The position numbers and the translations under genes were made by a program. A DNA stretch of 64,000 bases, from positions 2,728,001 to 2,792,000 of the forward strand of contig OX597818.1 of assembly GCA_951406725.2 (NCBI GenBank), read 5' to 3'. Below, piece by piece: positions 1 through 13,865 of the stretch (position 1 is the stretch's first letter; the number at the start of each line of letters is the position of its first letter). The DNA comes from Octopus vulgaris (lineage: Eukaryota). The notes under the pieces are model-generated. The model worked only from the letters and a program-made list of their open reading frames with translations, had not been told where the DNA came from and did not search any database.

Positions 1-501
1 TCGGCTCAGACTCCTGTATGCATTTCTCATTCATTAGCCTTCCTCAGTTGGCAATACCAAAGAGAGATAATCCTTAGCTGATTAGAAAGCTGTAATTTTA
101 TAATAGAACTAGCAGTATCGCCTGGTGTTGCTCGGGTTTGTTTTGACCCTTTAGAATTGGAATTTTTGAAAAGTAAAAGTTTTGCATTATGTAGCTTGTT
201 ATTCTCTTTAAGTGAATACTTTTCTGGTTGAAATACACCAAACAATGGCAACACAGCAGTCAAAAAAAAATCGTTAAAGAATAGGGATTTTCAAAGAAAA
301 AAAGAACCTTTTTGATGTAAATAATTTTTGGTGTTAACATGGTCCGATTTGAATTTTTTCTTCTACAGAAGGAAGAGAAAGCCTTCTATCATACTTTCCA
401 TTTTGGTCAACTTGCGCTGTAGGGTCTTGGAGAAGATAGTGTTAGTTGAAGGCTACCAAACCTGCTATACACAGACAACTTCAGCTTTATTTATATAGAG
501 A
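1..501 (-). mobile_element. Probable non-autonomous Helitron, 5' part (continues off the window start)
   Basis: The minus strand from 502 reads A|TCTCTATATAAATAAAGCTGAAGTTGTCTGTGT, resembling the Helitron 5' ends at 45009 and 56354. Confidence 0.55.
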
Positions 502-754
502 TAGCCAATGGTAATGAATGATGTGCTTACTGCTTGCCTGGTCAGAACACATACAGTTGTGGTAATGCTAAGCAGTGATGAGAAAGAATTCAACATTAGG
601 TTAGTTCAAATAAGTTCATATTTCACTGCATTTTACTGTGGAGAAAGAATTCTTGTTTACATAAGAGGTGAAAAGCCTCCCTTATCAGCTCAGTGGTACC
701 CTCTTGAACTTCTAGATACTTTTCTGGCTTCTCGGGCAAGGAACATTGATAGAA

Positions 755-3350
755 GGTTTTTTAGATGGGCAGCAGTGATGGGTTAGGCAGAATAAGTATT
801 CTTCTGGCAGAGAAATAGATGGATAAGGTGATTGAGGTAGTCAGGGTGTGTGATTGGATTATTGAGCTAAGAATAGTCTTGTTTAATGTAACTGTCATTT
901 GTATCTACATATGCTCCACATGTCAGATTTGAAGATGTTCAGTTGGACTGTTTGTATGAATCCCTTCAACAAACTACCTCGACAACAAAAACAGTGACAT
1001 TATCATTAAGGGAGGGGACTTCAGTGGTCATGTTGGAAAGCACCCCAATGGAATTCAAAGTGTACATGGAGGTTATGGCTTTGGTTCTAGAAATCAGGAG
1101 GGAACAAAGTTGCTGGAGTTTTGTGATGCAAAATAACTTACTGGTTTGCAATACCAACTTCTGGAAATATGCCAGCTATCTGATCACTTATCAATCTGGT
1201 GGGCAGACTAACCAGATTGATTACATTCTCACAGAAACAAAGAGATAGATGCTCATGAATGCAAAGTTCTTCCCAGAGGAAGAATGTACAGCTCAACATA
1301 GGTTATTGGTTTGTGATTTAACCCTTTCATTACAATATTTCTGACCAAAATACCCCCCTCATGAGTTTCAATTAAATTCTAAAATAATCATGAATTTAGG
1401 CTTGTTTCATTAAATAACTGTAACTTTTTTACTTATCAACATATTAATGTGATATTTGGAACATAATTAAAGAAAGGGTTCTTAATCAATTCTGTTGCAT
1501 AACTTTTGTCTCAAAGTGACTTTAATTACAGGTAAATCCAGGTAAATTGAGCAAAAGGTAAAAATATTCAAATTTTGTTTAAACATCACCATAGAAAATG
1601 AATCATCAGCTAATATTCAAATGGGTATGCAACGAAATTTTGATAAAGAAGAATTGTGCACATCACTAGATCATCAGTTGAATTTAATGCACAACAGGTG
1701 TACCATAAAGGTGGAATAAAGTGAAATACTGGAATCCACCGCAAGTTTGACCGAACTAAAGAAATCGGTCAAAAAATAATATACGGCCCTGGTTATGGTA
1801 TGGAAGTGATAAATTCCAGACCACATTGTTCCTTAGGCCATGCTGACTAACATTATTTTCCCTGTATAAAAACTAAATCCACAACAGTACCCAGTATTTG
1901 CTTCACAAATTTTCCAAACTTTTGTGTTTGTTTACAATCTGCGTAAATTTGTTTCCGAAGTGATTGCTTTAAACTAGCATACTGAAAAAAATAAAAGTCT
2001 AATGGTTTCGCTTCTAAGAAAGACTATAGATAAACTATCTCCCCAGAAAAATTGCTAATAAAAACATTTTTAAAGTTTTTTACTTCATTCCGATGTAAAA
2101 TCGTCTTTGCTGTCGCCATTGCCGCTTTGCTTCTTCGGAATCGCTGCTTTCATTTTCGGATAAAAAAAATATCCTATTCATTATTTAGTACACCACGTGT
2201 TTTTATACCTATTTCATTCTTTTTCTCGATATCTCCCTATTTTCCGTTGAAAAAGCTTTAAATTCGGAATCAATGCTTGATAACATGAAACACCTATCCA
2301 TTTTCAAAGTTGAAGAAAAATCGATGCCGAAAAAATGTGGAAAGAAATCTCCCAAAATTCACTGAGTTGAGATATCACGTCAAGCAATGTCGGATACTAT
2401 AAGCCAACTATTTACAAAGTGAAATCACATGTTTTAACGAATGTACCAACGAGATTTGGGTTCAAATTTACATTTAAATAACAATAGGTTCTCTCGGCCG
2501 GGTATGGCCAGGTTGGTATTATGAACCAAAAATTTTTTCGGCCGGGGTAGTAACGAAAGGGTTAAAGTAAGAAGGACCCAGAGACACAAACTGATGTGGA
2601 AAAGGAGATTATTTAAGTTCAAGGATCCTTTATTGCCAGATGTCTTGGTCCATTGTCATCTCCTCTGTGAGGCCCATCATCTTGAGATTGGTCCTCACTA
2701 CTTCATCCCATCTCTTCCTGGGTCTCCCTCTTCCACAGGTGCCATCCACTTAAGGCAAATGGCACTTATTTTTTACAGCTATCTTCATTCATACAGATTA
2801 CATATCCAAACCAACATAATCTCTCTTACATGCTGCATCTAATTCCTCTTATGCCCATCTTTTCTCTCATCACATTTGCACTTTGTTGTACTTGTACACT
2901 GATGTTGAATATCCATATGTGCATACTAGTTTCCTTCCTCTCTAGTCTATGCATGTCTTCTGCATTCAAAGCCCATGTCTCACTACTATGGAGTATGGTC
3001 GTGTGTGTGAATCATCATTGTCAGTTAAAGGATGCTTCAAAAGAGGTTATTTAAGCTCAAGAATCCTTCAAAATCTTCAAAGGTTTAGAGTCCTTAATGA
3101 AGCATTTGATGAGGAAGAGAAAGAGACATAAGACATAGAAGACAACTGGAAGTTCTTGGGGGATAATCTACTGTGGGTAACAGACCAAATCTTTGGTTGG
3201 AGCAAAGCTTTTGCCAGACAAAGGGTGTCATGGTAATGGAACAGTGAAGTCAACAGGGTCATAAAAGAGTTTGGAAAGGTAAGTAAAAGGGAAGTTAGGC
3301 ATCAGGTTTATCTAGCTAGGGCAGAAGCAGAAAGGAAGAGGTTACCAATA
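755..3350 (+). mobile_element. Decayed RTE-clade LINE (APE endonuclease region), interrupted by a piggyBac derivative and an antisense RTE 3' fragment (about 2630-3010)
   Basis: Remnants such as CNTNFWK..SYLITYQSGGQTNQIDYILT and FPEEECTAQHRL. The reading continues across the TTAA at 1318/2562 into WKRRLFKFKDP. Confidence 0.8.
1322..2561 (-). mobile_element. Non-autonomous piggyBac derivative (subfamily A)
   Basis: TTAA|CCCTTTCATTAC ... GTAACGAAAGGG|TTAA, with internal transposase fragments on the minus strand. Confidence 0.92.
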
Positions 3351-3356
3351 TCTTAA

Positions 3357-4803
3357 CCCGGCTGTACCTGGCTGAAAAATTTTTTGATCATAATACCAAC
3401 CCGGCCGAGAGAACCTATTGTTATTTAAATGTAAATTTGAACCCAAATCTCGTTGGTACATTCGTTAAAACATGTGATATCACTTTGTAAATAGTTGGCT
3501 TATAGTATCCGACATTGCTTGACGTGATATCTCAACTCAGTGAATTTTGGGAGATTTTTTTCCACATTTTTTTCGGCATCGATTTTTCTTCAACTTTGAA
3601 AATGGATAGGAGTTTCATGTTATCAAGCATTGATTCTGAATTTAAAGCTTTTTCTACGGAAAATAGGGAGATATCGAGAAAAAGAATGAATGAGGTCCAA
3701 AAACAAATTTACGCAGAATGTAAACAAAACACAAAATGGGGGATCAAAGTTTGGAAAATTTGCGAAGCAAATACTGGGTACTGCTGTGGATTTAGTTTTT
3801 ATACAGGGAAATAGGATATTTTTTAATCCAAAAATGAAAGCAGGGATTCCGAAGAAACAGAGTGGCGTTGGCGACAGCAAAGACAATTTTACATCGGAAT
3901 GAAGTAAAAAACTTTAAAAATGTTTTTATTAGCAATTTTTCTGAGGAGATAGAGTTTATCTATAGTCTTTCTTAGGAAACGAAACCATTAGACTTTATTT
4001 TTTTCAGTATGCTTGTTTGGAGCGATCACTGTGGAAGCAAACTGTTTCGCAGATTGTAAACAAACACAAAATGGGGGATCAAAGTTTGGAAATTTGTGAA
4101 GCTAAATACTGGGAACTGTTGTGGATTTAGTTTTTATACAGGGAAACTAATGTTAGTCAGCATGGCTTAGGGTACGATGTGGTCTGGAAGTTATTGTTTG
4201 AAGCGATCAATGCGGAAACAAATTTACGCAGATTGTAAACAAACACAAAATGGGGAATCAAAGTTCAGAAAATTTGTGAATCAAATACTGGGTACTGCGT
4301 GGATTTAGTTTTTATACAGGGAAAATAATGTTAGTCAGCATGGCCTAAGGTACAATGTGGTCTGGAATTTATCACTTCCATGCCATAACCAGGGCCGTAT
4401 ATTATTTTTTGACCAATTTCTTTAGTTCGGTCAAACTTGCGGTGGCAACTGATGATCTAGTGATGTGCACAATTCTTCTTTATCAAAATTTTGTTGCATA
4501 CCCATTTGAATATTTGCTGATGATTCATTTTCTATGGTGATGTTTAAACAAAATTTGAATATTTTTATCTTTTGCTCAATTTACCTGGATTTACCTGTAA
4601 TTAAAGTCACTTTGAGGCAAAAGTTATGCAATAGAATTGATTAAGAATCCTTTCTTTAATTATGTTCCAAATATCACATTTATATGTTGATAAGTAAAAA
4701 AGTTACAGTTATTTAATGAAACAAGCCTAAATTCATGATTATTTTAAAATTTAATTGAAACTCATGAGGAGTGTATTTTGGTCAGAAATATATAACGAAA
4801 GGG
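3357..4803 (+). mobile_element. Non-autonomous piggyBac derivative (subfamily A), opposite orientation, damaged ends
   Basis: Reverse complement of 1322-2561 and 15801-17195. Ends ...TAACGAAAGGG. Carries three copies of the KWGIKVWKICEANTGY..GF.FYTGK transposase segment. Confidence 0.88.
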
Positions 4804-5199
4804 AGAATTTGGGTGTACTGAATTGCTAGATAGTGTGTCAGAAATTCTCAATATGCTCAAGGTACGAGAATGAGAATATAAATGGGCTGGTGGAGTATTG
4901 CCAAAGGTGCATGATTTGGGAGTAGGGAGTTCACATGAATGCAAAGTGTTGGTAAGTGCTGCAGTGACTGGTGAAACCTGGGTATATAGAAAAAGGTGGG
5001 AGACAACAGGATTGCAATGATACAGTGGGCAGGATAGGATTGAACTGCAGGAGTGGGGTGGGAGAGATAAGCATAGTGCATGAAAAAGGAGAAATATGAA
5101 GAAGAGAAGAGATGGTTTATGACAATGGACCAATACATCTGGCAATAAAGGATCCTTGAACTCAATTTCACTGAAGTGGGCAGGTTTCCTCAAGAACCT

Positions 5200-6460
5200 C
5201 ATTGCCAGATGTCTTGGTCCAATGTCATCTCCTCCATGAGGCCCATCATCCTGAGCTCATTCCTCACTACTTCATCCCATGTCTTCCTGGGTCTACCTTT
5301 TCCACAAGTGGCACTTCTTTTTACAGCTGTCTTCATTCATACACATCACATGTCTAAACCAATATAATCTCTCTTACATGCTACATACACACTGATGTTG
5401 AATATCCATCGGAGAATACTAGCTTCATTCTTCTTTAGTCTATGCATGTCTTCTGCATTCGAAGCTCATGTCTCACTACCATGGAGTATGGTCGTGTGTG
5501 TGTGTATCATCATCATCCAATACCAACCACTTTACCGAGTGTACTGTGTACATTTACACAGCACCAGCATGGGTCCTTTTTATGTGGCACCAGCACCTAT
5601 GAGCCCACGAGATAAGGGATGCTCAGCTGGATAGGGTTGCAGGGGTGAGTCTGTATGCAAGGACAACCATGCTTTTACTTAGTGTTGTAAACTAATTCAA
5701 AGGCTTTTATTTAAACTTTGTTCTGCTTGCCATCTAATCCATTAATCATGACTGTCCAAAATTAAGACATGTTGTTTTATATTAGGTAAAGACAGCATCC
5801 ATCCATCAATACCATTCGACACTATGCCACATTTTCATACTCAATATAAAATATGACATCTATATTTTTATCTATTATTTACTACTGTAGAAAGGAATTA
5901 ATGATAGAATATTATAATTTATAACACTTAGCTTGATCTGTCTTTTCAATCACACCAAACAACCAGGAGTCCCCTGTGAGTCCCAACATCTGTAGATCCT
6001 TTCTTTGTCCCAGATCTTCCTGGGTCTACCCCTTCCGCATGTTCTCTCTACAATTAGAGATCAGCACCTCTTGATGCAGTTGTCTTCATTCATAAACATT
6101 ACATGACCATACCAGCACAGTCTTCTCTCTTGTACACTACATCTGATGCTGTGTATACCCAGTTTTTCTCTCAGATCTCTTACACCCTGTCGAATATGCA
6201 CACTGATATAACCCATCCAGCAAAATATACTGATTTCATTTGTCTGTTTTCCTACTTATCAATACTTTGGTCTTTACTAAACTAACTATAAGGCCTTTTG
6301 ATTTCCAAACCTTGCTTCCATACGTGAAATTTCTTCTCTAGTTCTGGTAGTGATTCAGCAATAAGAACAAGGTCATCAGCATAGAGGAGTTCCCAAGAGC
6401 AGCTAATCTTAAATTCTTCAGTCTTAGCTTGGAGGACCATGATAAATAAGAGGGGGTGAA
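5200..6460 (-). mobile_element. Cluster of decayed RTE LINE fragments
   Basis: WELLYADDLVLIAESLPELEKKF (6282-6450) and C-terminal RGRPRKTWDEVV-like segments. Confidence 0.7.
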
Positions 6461-7065
6461 ATGTATGTGTATATATGTGTGTGTGTGTGTATGTATATAT
6501 GCATAGTTGTATAGTCAGGAAATTTCTTTTGCAATCATGTTCTAGGCTTGATACCAATGCCTATATTCTGAGTGTCTTCTTCTATGACCTCAGGTTGGCC
6601 AAAGCCTTGTAAGTGACATTTAGTTGGTAGAAACTGTGAGATGTATAAATGTTTATGTTTACATACATATATCCAATAGTTTCTGCCTAAGTGCATTAAA
6701 TGAAAATACTTTGTAGCATTGGTTACATCCAAGTTGACATTTCTTTTTTGGCCAGTATGTTGATAAAACAGAAACTAGGAAAATCCTTTGATGTAGTATC
6801 CCATAATGACTGAAACTAGTGAAAGAATAAAAGAAAAGTGTGTTCCACATTCTTGTGTATTTGTTAAATTTCTTATGAACTAGATCTATGACTCATTCTC
6901 TCAAATGCCCTAAAACTTCTAATCACAATGTTACTATTTATTGTCTGCAGAATTAAATATCCTTTAATCATATATAAGCATGTATTTATAGAAAAAAATG
7001 TACCAATCGCCATCCCATCAGATATAAAAAAATAAGACAATGCATATACATTTTTGTTTTTTTAG

Positions 7066-7169
7066 TCACTCAGGTCTCTTGGTATTTGTGTGACTGATGC
7101 CATTGTATTACTAAATAGAGAGCAAGGATGTGAAATCAATCTGAAACAACATAATTTAAACATTCACAG
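7066..7169 (+). CDS. UMPS: UMP synthase internal exon A (OPRT domain, C-terminal part)
   Basis: tttag| acceptor and |gtaagt donor. Translates SLRSLGICVTDAIVLLNREQGCEINLKQHNLNIH(S), matching the UMPS OPRT segment (GLKVTDAIVLLDREQGG...LHS). Ends in phase 2, compatible with the next exon. Confidence 0.93.
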
Positions 7170-7876
7170 GTAAGTGCATGCAAAATACTATCATTCACAA
7201 AAGATTACTTTTTTTTTTGTTGACATATTTTCCACTTAAATTCTGTTCACTATTTTTGAAAATACAAATTTATCAGCTTTTTTGGCTTCCAACTGTACTC
7301 TGTGCAAGAAATACTTATATATACTCTCCCTTACATCAAATTTGATTGTCTTCTCTTACAGATCTTTAGGTCCTCTCAACTATTTTTAACTATTAATCTC
7401 AATAAGAAAAATCTTTAAATAAGTACAATTCTGAATTGTTTGAAGTTAATTATAATTACTTATCTTGCTTTAAAAATCATGTTTTCATATATAATGTTTT
7501 TCAGATTTAATATTTTTACATGAAATGCAATCACTATATTTGGTTGATTTTGTAGATTTGGTATATTTAGGCTTTAGCGCTTGCTTCACCCTTGAAATCA
7601 GTAGTCTATCATGTTCAGTGGCTGAAATTAAAAGAATAAAAGAAAGGGTATCCTACATAGTAGTGTATTTGTTGAATTCCTAATGAGCTGAATCAGGAAC
7701 TCATATTGACTTCCAGGTTGTCTTTAGAGTTGTCGTTCTTGCATTAAAGGTATAAAATCTAGAGTTTTTAGCTTTTGTAAACAGAAAACTTAGAACATTA
7801 AATGTATCTGGTTAAATTTAAGGTGTCAAATGTTAACAGTTATTGAAAATCAATATTTTAATATATGTTTTTCTAG

Positions 7877-8050
7877 ATGGGCACAGGCATGGCTGCATTC
7901 ATGACTGTGTGGTTTTGAAGCTTGCTTTGCAACCACATGGTCTCAGGCTCAGTCTCACTGTGTGCTACCTTGGGCAACTTATAGCCCTGGACTAACCAAT
8001 GCCTTGTGAGCAAATTTGGTAGTTGGAAAGTATGGAAACCTCTGTGTGTG
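7877..8050 (+). mobile_element. Decayed tRNA-derived SINE, 5' half
   Basis: Similar to the intact copy at 57809 (...CCTTGGGCAA...GCCTTGTGAG...TTTGGTAG). A further decayed copy lies at about 9885-10050. Confidence 0.65.
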
Positions 8051-10231
8051 TCCGTGTATATGCTTCCATTTAGTTGAGGATTGTTTTTGCATTCCTAAAT
8101 CTGTTTATTATAAGGAATGCAGTATGGCACTTTGTTTTTGTTTTTTACTGTCCAGTTTGTCTTGGCATATGTAGACTTTGGTGATGGCTATTGCTGCTTT
8201 TGTTCCTGTGTTTTTTACACTTATCTGGTTGGGTTTAATGTTATAATGTTTTTTAGATGGCATATGTTTGGGTGTAATTGTACATGTTATGGTATTGAGT
8301 TTGCTGTAGCCCTGTCTAAGATGAATACACTTAATATGTTCAGGTGCTTTTTAATTTTGAGTATTAGTCAAGTTGTGAGTGTTCAAAGTATGCTGTTCTG
8401 TATTACTAGTAATTTGTTGTGGAGAAATTGGAAGCCCAGGTAGGGACTGTTGTTCATGAGAGATATATTACTCATAGATTAATGTTCTATTTTTTGTGTT
8501 GACTAAATGTTGTGAATATGAGTATTTTGTGTTTGTGCATTATTTTACTTTCTTTACTCTAACTGTATAAATATTGTGTGTAATTCCTAGTCATTTTGTC
8601 TCCTATGTATTTTGGTATGATGACTGTTTGTAATTGATGTTTTTAATATTGTTGTTCAGAGAGATGGTAAATTTTGTAGGTGCCAGTTTTAGTTTATATG
8701 TTTTAATTTCTAAGTGGTTGATGGAGAATTGAAGTAGTTTATGCAATTTATATGCATTCACAAGATTTAAAAAGTCATGGGAAACAAATTCCCTTAAAAG
8801 ATATAATTACAGTTACAGAATTTAGTAACACCAGAATAAGCAACATAAATTTACACACTCAACCAAAGAATAGTAAAAGCTTCAAAAAAAGTATGATTCA
8901 GAAGAACACTTAAGAATTATAATCTAAACTATACAGCTTTTGAAAAAAAATCATGTTAGACATATCATTCTACACAACACCTGAATAAAACTTGACATCA
9001 AGGAACTAACCATGGAAATAAAACCAGAAAACTGACACAATTTATATCCACCATAAACTGAAAAGCAATCAGTACACCACTATACAAAGTAATTAGCACC
9101 ATTAACAACAGTAACAAGACCAAATGGCATCACCATAGCAATTTTAAGTAACATACCTACACTTGAATAGCAAGCAGCCAAAATCAGTTAACAAAACTGC
9201 ATGAAGATGATTGAAATATGATACATGCTATACACCTTCCATTTAGGACCATGACCTGATCACCCCTTCAAATAAATACTCAAAACACAGAGAGGAAATT
9301 GAAAATTTCAATGACCTCAACTTATGGTAAATCATAGACATGCATTTAAAACACCTAAGGCCTATGATGACTCTAGGCTAACTAGTCACCACCAGCTTTA
9401 CTCCATGTGGTAGCAAAATTAATTTTGTTGCCTACAAAAGAAAAGATAAAGCAAATTGTTCCTTCTTTTCTGTTTCTACTAAAAATTAAAATATTAGCAT
9501 CAATATAATTATGCATTTCTGGTATTTCCTCCATGATCTATATCGAATTTCTGAAGAACCAAAGGTACAGAGAGTCTTCATCAAAAGGAATTTCAGTTGT
9601 AATTTAGGGAAACACTAAATATATAAATAGGCAAATATGATTAACTAAAAATCTACTACGATTTCTGAAAATAACATGCCAATTTTGGTAAGCTTTAGTA
9701 ATATTAGTGCCACCAATTAATTCATTACAGCTTATTTGTTTTACTCAAATATGTTAGCAAATTTTTGAAAAAGTATTATAGTAATTCAGCTATCCATACT
9801 CTGAAATATACGAGTAGTCAACTGTGTTTATATATGTATAAAATATTTCCTAAATGTTTTGTACCTTCAAAAATTATTAGCAATACAGACAGTCTTGGTT
9901 GTATGGTTAAGAAGTTACCTTCCTAACCACATGGTTTCAAGTCCAGCATAAGGCATTGGTTAAGTCTCATCTGTTATACCCATAAACCAACCAAAACCTT
10001 GTGAGTAAATTTGGTAGAGAAACTGAAAGAAGCTTGTGTATGTGTGTGTATTTTAAATAAGAATGGACAATCACAGTCAAATTAAATCATAGCATAAAGA
10101 TATTTCCCTCTGCATCATGCATGTGACTGTCAGGAATCAAAATCAATATGTACCTATATTTGAGTGAGTATATGGTTAATTGGTGCAGTAGCACATGAGT
10201 GTGTAGGTTATGTGTATGTGTGTGTGTGTGT

Positions 10232-12193
10232 TGGGCGAGTTCTACCAACAGATCTCTCGGGAGTGGCAATGGGAACGCGAATGGGTCCCAACTATGCGAA
10301 CCTGTTCGTTGGCTATGTTGAGGCCCAAATATTCTCTAGTTTCACTGGTCCCACTCCCGAACTATACGGTTGTTACATTGACGACATTATCGGTGCCACC
10401 TCACTCTCCCGTGAACATCTAGATTCCTTCCTCTCTTTCGTTCAATCCTTCCATCCTGCTCTCCACTTCACCTCCACTATCTCCAACACCTCTGTCTCCT
10501 TCCTCGACATTTTGGTCAGCATTCTTCACTCCACTCTTACCACCTCCATTCACTACAAATACACAGACTCACACTCATACCTAAACTTCTCTTCCTCCCA
10601 CCCCAAACACACCAAGCTTTCCATCCCCTATTCCCAATTCCTCCATCTACGTAGGCTCTGTAGTGACGACCATGACTTTGAGACTCAGTCTCAACTCATG
10701 GCTCGCCACTTCATCCTACGTGGATACCCCCTCACCACTATCCACACCGCCCTTGCCAGAGCACATTCCGTAGACCGTGCATCTGCTCTCTCCCTCCAAA
10801 CCCGCCCTGCAGTCTCCCGCATCCCTTTTCCCCTCACTTACCACCCCACCACCCTACCTCTCCAATGCACCATTCTTCGAGCTTTCCAGCATCTCCAGTC
10901 CGACCCGTCCACTTTACACCTCTTCTCTAACTGACCCCTCCCCTCCTTTAAACGAGCCCATAACCTACGAGACCTCTTGGTCCACAGCTTCTTCCCTGAC
11001 CTTACCTTCCAACCTGGCTCATTCCCCTGCTCCCGCCCACGTTGCTGCACTTGCCCTTACCTCTCCAACACCACCCTCCTCACCGGCACCCATCATCAAC
11101 CCTATCGCATCATTGACTCCTTCACCTGCACCTCCAGCAATATCATCTGTTGCATCTCCTGCTCTCTCTGCCATTCCGTGTACATCGGACAAACGGGACG
11201 CCGCTTGGCTGACCGGTTCGCGGGACACCTCCGAAACATCCGCCTTGCTAATGACACACCGGTCTCACGCCATTTCCGCTCCACTGGTCACTCCTTGCAA
11301 TACCTGTCTGTGTTTGGATTGTCCTTGCACAGAGGCCATCCGGATTCCCGCTTGCGCCCTGAGCAGGGATTAATCTTCTCTCTTCGCTCTTTTACGCCTT
11401 TTGGTCTCAACTCTCCCCCCCACCCCACCCCTTTCATCTAACCTCCCCCTGACTCCTACTTCTCTCCAGTCCTTCATCTTTTCACCCATACTCTCTTTCC
11501 CTCCTCTTCCCTTCTTTCCCTTTTTCCCTCTTCTTTCTTCTTCCCTCTTCCCCTTCTCTCTTTCTCTCTGCTCTCCCTTTCCCTTCCTCCTTCTCTCCTT
11601 CCTTCTCCCCTCCCCCTTCCCCCTCTCACTCCCCACAACCCCCAGCCGAACGCGCACCCCACATGGGATTTCCCCACTCTCCCCCACCTCCCCACAACAT
11701 CACCACACTACACTACACTATACGACATTACACATCACAACATACCACCCACAGTACAACACCCACATTACACATCACATCACAACACACCACCCATCCC
11801 CATATCTCCATACCCACACATACATACATACACAAGTCCAGACCACCAGCCCTCTTTCACACGCACATACATACTCTCTTATACACACACGCACCTTCAT
11901 GTTGGGGCGAAGTCACTTGACCCTGTTATCTCCCCTACTATCCCTCTAGCGTCTAACGTCTGACCTCTGATCTCTGACTTCTGCCTGAAATCAGAACGCC
12001 ATGTTGCATCGTTAGCTCCTACACGCATTTATTTTCTCTCCTTGTTTCTTTTCTGTGTATCTTTCTATCGAAGAGCATAGGCTCAAAATGTAAAAGACTT
12101 GTTTTATTTCTATTCCTGAGCGGCATACTAAGACAATTGTTTGTTTGTACTCCACCTGCCTTCGTCTTTTGTTCTTTTTCGTAAACCTTCCCG

Positions 12194-12195
<2 letters not shown>
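10232..12195 (+). mobile_element. Penelope-like element, Neptune-type (5'-truncated RT plus GIY-YIG endonuclease)
   Basis: GVAMGTRMGPNYANLF, YIDD, HYKYTDSHSYL..SSSHP, a Cys linker CSRPRCCTC and VYIGQTGRRLADRF..H. One frame 10232-11441 with a single TGA at 10932. Pyrimidine-rich 3' region and (TG)n/(TA)n flanks. Confidence 0.88.
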
Positions 12196-12228
<33 letters not shown>

Positions 12229-12231
<3 letters not shown>

Positions 12232-13865
12232 AGGTAACGGAAGCTATCAACTATTTCTAGTTTTTCTCCCTGGAATGTGGCGGAAGTTGGTCTCTGCACA
12301 TTTTCAGTGTTTATTGCTCCTGAGCATATGCCACATACAAAAACTATTTTCCTAGTTAGCCTTCCTTTGACATTGCTGCACCTCTTATGTGTCCATAGCT
12401 TACACTTGGTGCATCTTATAGAGTTTCTACCTACGCCTTTTCTACAGATCGAGCAGGGCCATCTACCTGAAGGCGTTTGTGACTTGTCTACCTTCCTACT
12501 TATTAGGACTTTGGTTTTAGCTAGGTTGACTCTAAGGCCCTTCGATTCTAACCCTTGCTTCCACACCTGAAACTTCTCCTCCAGTTCTGATAGTGACTCA
12601 GCAATTAGAGCGAGGTCATCAGCATAGAGGAGCTCCCAAGGGCATCCTGTCTTGAATTCCTCCGTTATTGCCTGGAGGACTATGATAAATAGGAGGGGGC
12701 TGAGAACTGAACCTTGGTGGACCCCAACCTCTACCCTGAATTCTTCACTGTACTCGTTGCCAACCCTCACCTTACTAGCAGCGTCCCTGTACATGGCTCG
12801 CATAGCTCTCACTAACCATTCAGCTATCCCTAGTTTCCTCATTGACCACCAGATAAGGGATCGGGGAACCCTGTTGAAGGCTTTCTCCATGTCAACAAAG
12901 GCCAGGCACAGGGGCTTATCTTTGGCTAGGTATTTCTCCTGCAACTGTCTTACTAGAAATATAGCATCAGTGGTACTTTTCCCTGGTACGAACCCAAAAT
13001 GCATCTCATCTAAACTAACTCTCTCTCTAATTAGTTGGGCTATGACCCTCTCCGTAACCTTCATTACCTGATCCAACAGCCTGATAGCTCTGTAGTTATT
13101 TGTATCTAGGGCGTCACCTTTACCTTTGTAGCAGTTGACTATTATACTGCTACACCAGTCATTGGGAATAACTCCTTCGTGTATCACCTGGTTAACTATA
13201 CGGGTGACTAGGCTATAGCCGACACCACCAGATATTTTGAGCATCTCTGCAGTAATTCCTGATGGGCCTGGGGCTTTCCCTGTCTTCATGCCTCTTATTG
13301 CCTTAACTACCAAGGAACTGTCAACTCGGATAGCTGGTCCCTCTGTTGGGTCGACATTCGGCAGACTCTCTTTATCCCATTCATTTTCTTTATTCAGCAA
13401 CCTTTCATAGTGGCGTCTCCAAACCTCTCTCTTTGCATCCTCATTTAGCGCAAGTGAACCATCATCCATGCGAACACATTTCTCTCCTACCACATCACGA
13501 TTCTCTCTCACACACTGCCTTGCAACACGAAATACCTCAAGTCTTTGGTCCTCACTGCGCAGAACATTGGCAAATTTTTTCTTATCTGCTTCCCCTCTGG
13601 CTAAATACACCTGTTCCTAGCTTCCCTTCTGGCAGTCTGATACACTTCCCTTCTACCACTGTTCTTCCAGTCCTTCCAAGCCTGTTTCTTTTGTCTAATA
13701 GCCCTGTCAACAATATTGTTCCACCACCACGTTATTTTGGGTCTTGAGGGGACTTTGCACCAACCACAGATCTGGTCAGTGGCTCTCAGCAGGTTGTCCC
13801 TTAGAGATCTCCAGTTGTCTTTTACCCCATGTGAAGCTATATCCCCTTCTATTTCGTCAAAGGCT
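12229..13865 (-). mobile_element. RTE-clade LINE fragment (complete RT domain plus PHD finger), truncated at both ends
   Basis: ORF 12012-13610 contains KAPGPSG, NYRAI.LL, FVDMEKAF, GVHQGSVLSP and LYADD. It breaks off at the (TA)n at 12196-12228. Confidence 0.93.

Noticed and set aside
10932-10934. Single in-frame TGA in the Penelope ORF as possible selenocysteine or readthrough
   Set aside because: It lies in a non-Cys linker and is most simply CGA>TGA CpG decay. No SECIS was recognised, and the element is 5'-truncated.
11370-11949. Low-complexity ORFs (Pro/Phe/Ser/His-rich)
   Set aside because: They come from the pyrimidine- and CA-rich 3' region of the Penelope element.
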